Shown piece by piece: positions 14,433 through 64,000 of a stretch of DNA of 64,000 nt. Origin of the DNA: Octopus vulgaris (Eukaryota); the NCBI GenBank assembly GCA_951406725.2, contig OX597834.1, positions 34,224,001 through 34,288,000 on the forward strand. The letters run 5' to 3'. How positions within the stretch are numbered: the stretch's first letter is position 1; each line of letters opens with the position of its first letter. The translations under genes and the position numbers were made by a program. Below the pieces are notes generated by a model. The model was not told where the DNA came from. It was given only the letters and a program-made list of their open reading frames with translations, and made no database searches.

Positions 14433-16152
14433 CATAAATATACACTATTCTTTTATTGGTTTTAGTCATTGGACTGTATCATTGCTGAAGCCCTGTCCAA
14501 TTTTATTGACCCCTGTATTTATTTCAGTCTGGTAATTATTTTATCAGTCTTATTTGTTGAACTACTAAGTTATAGGATATTAAACAATACTGGTTTTTAG
14601 ACCAGTATAAAGACAGATGTAAGCACAAATGTGGGGATTTTTGTATGGTCAGAAAGAATTTGTTAAGGCAGACCTTCTTTGACTGGATGCCCCTCCTGTT
14701 GCAAAACCTGCAAATGTCTCCAAGCAAGGTAATATTTCCTCATGACTGAATATGTTTTCCAAGGGAGAATGGAAATGTAGGATGGTGACACTTGCTTATA
14801 ACCATCATGTGATATCAAGACTAGGGCACACACAAATGTACACACACGTATATACATATGCATGTATATAATATATATATGGTTGGCGTTAGGAAGGGCA
14901 TCCAGCCATAGAAACACTGCCAGATTTGACTGGGCCTGATGAACCTTCTGGCTTCACAGACCCCAGTAGAACCGTCCAACCCATGCTAGCATGGAAAACA
15001 GACGCTAAACGATGATGATGATGATATATATATAATACATATATATCATACATACTTCTGAAATACACATCCACTTATATATGAACATGCATGCAAGTAT
15101 ACATGCTTATTTAATTGTATGCATACATACACACACACACATACATCACTTATTTGGAGGTATGACTTGGTAACATGTACTGTCATCATCATCATCATCA
15201 TTTAACGTCCACTTTCCATGCTGGCATAGTGTTGGATGGTTTGACAGGAGCTGGCAAACCAGAAAGCTGCTCCAGACTCCATTGGCATGATTTCTACAGC
15301 TGGGTGCCCTTCCTAACACCGGTCACCTTACAAAGTGTACTGGATGCTTTTTACATGGTACCAACACAAGTGCTTTTTATGTGGAACCTGCACCAATACT
15401 TTTCACATAGTACCAGCACCAACCGATACAAAGAAAATAGTTGTTTTAGGTACCTATGCAGTTGTGTATAGACATAGATACTCCTTGTGGCACATTGAGG
15501 ATGTAGCACCCAGAGAGCGAGTGAGAGTTGTATTAGCATACAGCTGGTAATAATTTTCAAATGAGCTGACTGGAGGAGTAGGAAATGAAGTGTCTTGCTC
15601 AAATACTCAATGTGTCACCTGTGTGTGCGAAGGCACGTGGCCTAGTGGTTAGGGTTATTGCACTCACTATCTAGCAATTGTGGTTTGATTCCTGGACTGA
15701 GTAATGCATTGTGCTTTTGAGCAAAACATTTCATTTCACATTGCTCCAGTCCACTCAACCATAACCTTGTGATGGGCTTCTGATTTTGGATAATGTTGGC
15801 CTGCTCACCCAGCCAGCTGGGGAATATTATTTCAAAGCTAAAACAGTGCAAAGCACATTAAGATTAGCAATGTATAACAACACATGATAGTCTGGTTGAT
15901 CATGTGAAATATATATATAAATTCAAAATTATGTTTTGGTAATCTTAACCCTATTTTGCTCTATGGGACTCCATAGCCATTTGATATTTAAAAAATCCCA
16001 TTATATTTTTATAATCAAATATCTTTTGGGAACATTTTTTGGGGGAAAAAAGTACATCATATTTACCATCATTGGGTAATTTTAATTATATGATAATTTA
16101 GATAAAATCTAAATTTTATCTCCATTTTCATCATTTTTTTCATCAGTTTGTC

Positions 16153-36331
<20,179 letters not shown>

Positions 36332-36354
36332 CCTAATTTATATTGTTTGTTAGT

Positions 36355-36364
36355 AATAAATAAA
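36355..36364 (+). promoter_or_regulatory. Candidate NDOR1 polyadenylation signal (overlapping AATAAA hexamers)
   Basis: aataaataaa 24 nt after the stop; further AATAAA at ~36595, 36661 and 36722. Confidence 0.45.
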
Positions 36365-39199
36365 CGAATGAGTAAACATTTAGTCTTTGATTGGGTCATT
36401 GTCATTACTTGAAGACCAAGACATGTCTCAAATACATATTCTCAACACATATTCATCTAACCCATGCTAACATAGAAAAGCTGATGTAAAGTGAACAAAC
36501 AAATTATTATTATTATCGGTCATTCCTTAACAGTTTATTCATTAATCAATGAAATCAATTTTAGTCTTGATTAATCATCACAATGAATAAGACAAATAAA
36601 AAGCATTGATTTTAATCAACAGATAAAACAATGAGCATATATTTGCCATTTTCCATGTCAAATAAATTCATTTTAGCCATCTGTTGTTATTGATAAACAT
36701 CCAACTAATTGGTTTCCTCATTAATAAACTACAGATTTAAACAGCTGTTTGCAATACTAATTAAATTGGTCAGCTTTTGCCAAGGATTAACCCATTAACA
36801 TTTAATCCAACCATATCTGGCCCAAATATTTTACCTGTTTTATGTTCAAACTGACCAGATCCAACCTCTCACGTCTACCCTACAATGTCATTCTAAAAAT
36901 AAACAATCACATCATCAAAATCTTGAAGCTACAAGAGAATACATGATAAATTCAAAACAATGTGAATAAATAAGGATTATACTTGACAGAGTAATTTGAA
37001 TGCTAAAGGGTTAGACAGACTCTTTGTGTTTTGATGTTCAAATCCAACTGAGGTCAGCTTTGTCTTTCATCTCTCTAGGGGTTGATAAAATAAGTACCAG
37101 TTATGTACTGAGGTTGATCTCATTGACCATTCTCCTTCCCTAAATATGTGGTCTTGTGCTTCTTTTATTTTTTATTTGTTTCACTCATTGGACTGCAGCC
37201 ATGCAAAGGCCACTGCCTTGAGGGGTTCAGTCAAACAAATTGACTCCAGTACTTATAAGATAAGCCTGGTTCTTATACCATCAATCTCTTTTGTCAGACT
37301 GTCAAGTTATGGGGATGTAATCAAACCAACACTGATTGTCAAGTGATAGGAAGTGGGGGAAGTAGCACAAAGGCACGCATACGCACACACACACACATAG
37401 ATATGTATATATAAATAACAAGCTTCCACACAGCATCTACTAAATTCATTCACAAAGCATTGATCAGCCTTGGACTATAGCAGAAGACACTTGCCCAAGG
37501 TGCTGCAAAGTGGGATTGAACCCCAAACCACATACATGCTTGCAAAGTGAGCTTCTTAACCACACTGCCATGCCTGCGTCTATGTAGGAAAAAAAAAGCT
37601 TGACATTGACCAGTCCAGTACACCTGCTAATATTTGACTTTAGTTCTTTTCGCTTTCAACATAAATTACCGTTCCTCATTTGAGACACGTGTGCAGACAC
37701 ACACCGCACAGATACACATTCACACACATGTGCACACATGCACACACACATACCACACAGATTCACATTTACACACATGTGCACATAAACTACATCCATA
37801 TTTGCTTCTGCTGGTATTACTGCTACACACACCAGCATCCTTGACCAAAACCTCACAAAAGAGTACCTGACTGATTGGCATGGAGTCACCCACTGACACA
37901 CTCCAACCTCTTTGGTACACAGGTATGCTGTCTCCTCACCCTGCCTCTTCTATTGCTACTACAGTAGTTTCGGCTCTTTTGGAGCTTACTGATTTGTGTC
38001 ACCATTTCCATTCAAGCTTTCTTGACTCATCCTTCTGTCCTCTTTTCATATCACTCCACTAAACTACCCACAAGCCTTGAACTATAAACCACTTTCTCAT
38101 TCCTTCCACCCAAGACATCCCTGCTCATATTTCTCCTACAAATGACAATTTGTTGTTGTTCAAGGACAACATCAACTGCATCGATCTCACTAGTTTCAAA
38201 GAGACTGCAAAGATTATGGGCATTGTCCCTTCCTTCAAATCATAAAATAAAGTACACACACCACATGTAATTTTCATTCTCTGGAAAATCATCATCATTG
38301 TCGTCGTCATTGTTGTTGTTGTCATCATCATCCTCCTCCTCCTCATCATCATTTAACATTCATTTTCCATGCTGGTATGGATCAGATAGTTCTATAGGAA
38401 CTGACAAGCAAGCAGTGTCTGCTTTAGCATGGTTCTCACATCTGGATGCTTTTTCTAACACCAATGCCCTTCCTGGATAATTAACTACCGTAGTAAGTAC
38501 CCTAGTTAATTCACTAATGAATATCATACTATTCCATCCAAATCATTACCACTACATGTCATATGGTGGAAACTTTCCTCCCTGTTATAAACTCAAATGT
38601 GTTTTACCTTCTTAGCTACAATAAACATTACCTTCTCTCTCAGCTACAACCAATTTTCCCTTAAAGTCCTTTCACTCTCAGCAACAATAAACTAAGTCTT
38701 CTCCCTCTCTGTTTGCTACATTAAACTCACCCTTTAAGTTTTCTCTCTTGGTTACAATCGACAATTAGAGAGAAACATTTAGAGAGCTAAGATCACTCCA
38801 TATAGGTATGCTCTTCACTCTAAAAAAGTATTACACTACAGTTAAAGGGTGATAGATTGAGAGAGACTGGTTAATTAGCAATATTAATGATGAAGTTATC
38901 TGAATTCCATATTTTTCAATAAAACTCTTATCGAAAGTCCGAAATAAGAGTTTTCTTTTTTAACATCTTCTCCATCAAAAGATGTGAACTTGTTAAAATA
39001 AAAATATGGCATAAAAATCCACACATATACTGCTTAGTGGCAGATGTTGGCTCCATTATGAAATGTGGATTGTTGCCTAGATGTCATCGTCATTGTTTTA
39101 ACATGATTCCAGTTAAGCAGAAGTTAATATTCTTGTGAAATGGTAGAGTAGACAGAGCCATGAAGGAGCTTAATTCTCAGTTCCCCCTGCGTCTACAAT

Positions 39200-40345
39200 A
39201 CAGGAGTTCCCAACTAATTATTTATGGGAATTTCTGTATGCTGATAACCTAATTCTCAAGCTGCAAACATGGAAGCAGAGCCTGGAATTGACAGGTACCA
39301 AAGTAAATCTAGCAATGACAAAAGCTTTAACAGGAAATAAAATTCTGCTGTCAACAAGGAAGTGCCTATGCCTGATATGCAAAAAAAACAAAAACAAAAA
39401 AATTGTAAGAGAAGATTTTATACAGTTTGTCCAATGTAAATTATGGGCATATATGAGATGTAGTGGGATCACAGGCATGATAAGAGAGAAGGAAGACTTC
39501 ATATGTGGCAGATGCACATAGAACTGAGCATGGCAAGGAAGTGGCCCACCCTGGGCAATTCTTTTTATAGAGTAGTACTTTTGGGTCTATTGTATAAGCT
39601 TATATAAGGCTTAGGGGCCTGAGGTGGTGGGCTAACTCAGGGACTATCCCAGGTGGTACACATTCTTGTTATGTCGCTGGATACACAGGAATAATTAGCA
39701 GGAAGAGCACCATTGAAATATATTCTTTCAAATGCTTGGAAGGTTCCATAGAAATAGTTGATAGTTTATTATGGCTTAATCAGCAATGGAAGTTGGTGGG
39801 TGGGTATTTTAAAGGATAATAGTGGAAGTAAGAATGAAGTGGAGAAGGCTGGCTCAGTAAGCTATTACTTCTGCTGGTAAAAAATGGTTCTGTCTCTAAA
39901 TGAAGGGCAGATTGTATGATGCCTGTGTACAAAGCGCAATGTTGCATGATAGCAAAACATGAAGGGCAGGATGTGCAAAGACTGGAAAGAAAAGTGGATA
40001 TGCTCTGCTGCATGTGTAATGTTAGTATGCATGAATGACAAGGCACAGACAGGTTTAGAGATAAGCTGAATATAAGAGGAAATAGATGTAGTGTGCAAGA
40101 GATATGACTGAACTGGTATGGACAAGTAATGTATGCAAAGGATAACAAACAGTTATGTGAAAGGAGTGCTAAATGATCCCAGAGGAAGAAACCTGTGGAA
40201 AAGGAAGACATGGAAAAAAAAATCTGACCTCATGAGACTGGAATTTACAAAAAAGAAATGGCAAGTGACATGACTCTGTGCTGAAGAAAACCCACTGAAC
40301 CATTAAAAGCATGGAAAAGTTGACATAAAATGATGATGGCGATGC
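39200..40345 (+). mobile_element. Degenerate RTE-clade LINE 3' portion with a PHD-like Cys-rich segment and (gat)n tail
   Basis: CLIC..QCKLWAYMRCSGI..FICGRC, GRLYDACV, WYGQV; tail gcatggaaaagttgacataaaatgatgat. Confidence 0.75.
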
Positions 40346-41629
40346 TGTTGCTGTCACTGATGATGAGGATGATGGTGACCCTGCTTCTGTCGACAATAAG
40401 GGTTTTGAAGCTTTGATTGTAATTCCTTTTTATCTTGCCTATTCCTTTTTGGAAAATGCATGAATGTCACAACTTAAAACTCAGACAAGGCATTTTAAGA
40501 AAGGCAATAAACAAAAAAATATATTATCATTACAATTTTCAATAGCATCAAATGAGAAGTTAAATTTAAATCTTCCAAGATGCCAAATTATGAAATCAAA
40601 CCAACTGACACATACAATCTTTGAATTTTATGAAAATCAATATTTTTCATCCATCAAAGACAATCTAAAATGTCAAGTTTAGAACTTCAAACAACACACT
40701 ACCATCACTATCTCTCCAATTTAACATTTCTGTATTATAATGGCAAAGAGGGACAGGACATATTTCCCTACAAGCTTGAAGTATTCAAGTATATAATTAC
40801 TGAATTATGAAGCTAAATTTTTGGTTTGATTTCATGAAGGGAAGCCATTTTAATTTGTCTTCTCTTTTTTTCAAGCTGTTTCAATAGATGAAGCAAACGT
40901 ACTGGAGTATGAGGGCAGGAAGCAGTATTGTTCCTCCACTAGATTAAATGGATATACTAAAGGAGTGGGAAAGAATGAAAAAAAGAGTTAATAATATTGT
41001 TCCTCCACTATAGGAAAGGAACATACGGGAGGGCAGAGCAACATGGCAATGTCATTCATCCACCACAAGCAGGCATGTTGGAGGATGAAGTAAAAAAAAA
41101 GTCATTATTTTCTCAAAATATTAATCAGGCATGCTGGAGAAGAAGAATTAGCAGTGTTATTCTCTTACTAAATTACACATCCATACTGGAGGATAAAGAA
41201 TCAAGGCAGTGTCTTCCATTTATACATTTATATTTTGGAGGGCAGACTACTTTCAAACTGCATATTTTCATCAATATCATAACAGCAATCATCTCACTGA
41301 ACATGTTTCAATTCATTGAGAATTAATTATTACCAGAAGTATTCCGTTCATTAGAAATTAATTAACTGGGACTATCAGCATGAGTGCAACAGGAATGACA
41401 TTTCAGTCTGAACTAAATCACTGGTAGGTGGAGTGACTATATTAATATATGAATGTTGTATCATGAACTGCTGGGCTGAAGTTTTCTGCAGTAGCAAACT
41501 GTGCCACCTCTTACATGTCTACAAGGATTTGTCCCACCATGGATTAGGCTAATCCAACCTGGTCTTCAATCTCTAAAACAAATTACAAAGAGCAGGAGCT
41601 AGATCGGTTCACATTATCATAGCTAACAC

Positions 41630-41870
41630 ACACCACACACAAGACTACATTCATGGACCACACTCACAGACCATGTTTGTGGATCACATTGACAGACTTT
41701 GCTCACAGACCACACTCACATACAATGCTCATAGGCCAAATTGTCAGACCATAGTCCAAGGCTATACTCACAGACCACACTCAGAGGCCATGCTCATGGA
41801 TGACATTGATGGCCCATACTCACAGACCACACTCAGATAATACACTCACAAACTGCACTCACAGACCATC
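41630..41870. repeat. Degenerate ~10/20-bp tandem repeat (cagaccacactca)
   Basis: Recurring ctcacagaccacact units. Confidence 0.7.
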
Positions 41871-42852
41871 TAAACAATGAAGCAAAAATACCTAAAATGA
41901 AAGACCTTCGATATTGTTCATGTCAATAGTGGTGATGATTTGGTCACAGTCTTGTGATTGATCAGCGCTAAGATAAAAGGCATTCCAGCCATAACCATCC
42001 CATCTCTTTGGAGAGTAGGACTAAATTTTTAAGATGCTAGGGTATAATTTGAAAGAAATTTGGCTCATTGGTTTGCTAACACTGGTATACTTGTACCAGG
42101 ACCAAATGGAGTATACCCATACCTGTATGTCCCACCTCCAAAAAAAAAAAAAAGAAAGAAATTTGTTTCCTCATAATTTTTGAAAAAATAGGTTTCTTTA
42201 AGTGAGTTACTACAAATATCTTTCAGATGGTGTAGATTCCAATTATATCTGAATTTGTGGTAGAAAAATGTTTTCAGAAGGGTGGTGGGAAGAGGAGTTT
42301 CAGTCAAATTCACACAAGCTGACAATATCTTTCAAACAGTGTAGATTATGATTAATCAGAATTTCACATGAAAAAAACTGATGGGTGCACACACATACAT
42401 ACTGATGCACGCAACATACATTGTCTGAGAAGTATTTGAAGAAAATTTCATAGAAAAATACCTATTTTTGTCTATGTCATGAGGAAACAAAGTCAAGGGA
42501 GGCATACTTGTGTAGGTATGTCTCAAATGGCATACATTTTTCACAAAACATAAAATACAAAATATTGTAGAGTCTTTTTGTTTGTTTGTTTTTTTCCTAA
42601 TCTCTGCACCATTATTTTGGTACAGGAACTGGATATGAAAGAATCATATTCTGAAACTCCAAGAGTGATAATATCATAAAAAACAACTGAATCACATTTC
42701 CCCCCCATAAAAAAAAAAAAAAAAACGAAAAACAAAACTAAACAAAAAAAAAAAACTGGTGAACATCCATCATAGATGAAAGTATTTCTTGGAGTAGACA
42801 GCTATTCGAAATTCTATAAAAAAAAATGAAACTGAGTTGGTAGTGCCTTTTG

Positions 42853-63420
<20,568 letters not shown>

Positions 63421-64000
63421 CTGGAGAAGTAGAAACAGAAGAATAGGTAAAACTTAGCTGTAAAGAAGTTTAGCAAGATACAACAAGAAATATTTCAGGG
63501 AGAAGAACAAAGTATGAAATTATCTTAGCTCTCTTTAATATATAACTATTTTTAGCCATGTGCCTTCACATGGCTTAGTGGTTTGGGTTTTTGGCTCAAG
63601 GTTGTAAGGTCGTGAGTTTGATTCTAGGCAGCACATTGTGTCCTTGAACAAGACACTTTATTTCATGTTGTCTCAGTCCACTCAGTTGCTTCCCAACTGT
63701 ATAGTCTTGGGCTCAGTTCTACTGTACAGCACTTTGGTAATGTGTTTTCAACTACAGCCTTGGTCTGACTGAAGCCTTGCAAAAAGATTTGACAGATATA
63801 AAAATGAAAGCATCATGTCTTTCTTTCAGGCAGGGAAAGAAAGACATGAGAGCAAAGCGTTCTCTCTCTTTTTTGGAGTTATAGGATCATGCTTAAAGTG
63901 GTTTCATCATTCATGTGTACCATCTTTGCAACATCCACCCACCTTTTATTGAAACTTTTATGAGAGAAACACCTTCCTTTCCAAGAAGAAGAAGGAAGAG

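Overview
AT-rich, repeat-dense eukaryotic DNA. The SINE families, (TA/TG)n tracts and gene content point to a coleoid cephalopod, probably Octopus (inference). Two convergent multi-exon genes were reconstructed by hand from splice sites and reading-frame phases. (1) NDOR1 on + (15 coding exons, 16153-36331, ~586 aa once a 2-nt deletion in coding exon 1 is corrected). (2) The 3' 15 coding exons (~724 aa) of a centriolin/CNTRL-like coiled-coil gene on - (63420 down to 42853; 5' part lies outside the window). Introns and intergenic DNA hold tRNA-type and RTE-tailed SINEs, RTE and RLE-type LINE remnants, a Tc1/mariner relic, mariner/piggyBac/hAT MITEs, a solo LTR, long hairpins and microsatellites. 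Main oddities: NDOR1 coding exon 1 is frameshifted while an in-frame copy of it sits inside a SINE 1.8 kb downstream; a candidate 6-nt microexon and a GC-AG intron in CNTRL; a minisatellite seeded from an NDOR1 exon end; several near-perfect palindromes. Most ORF-track entries are microsatellite or SINE artefacts.
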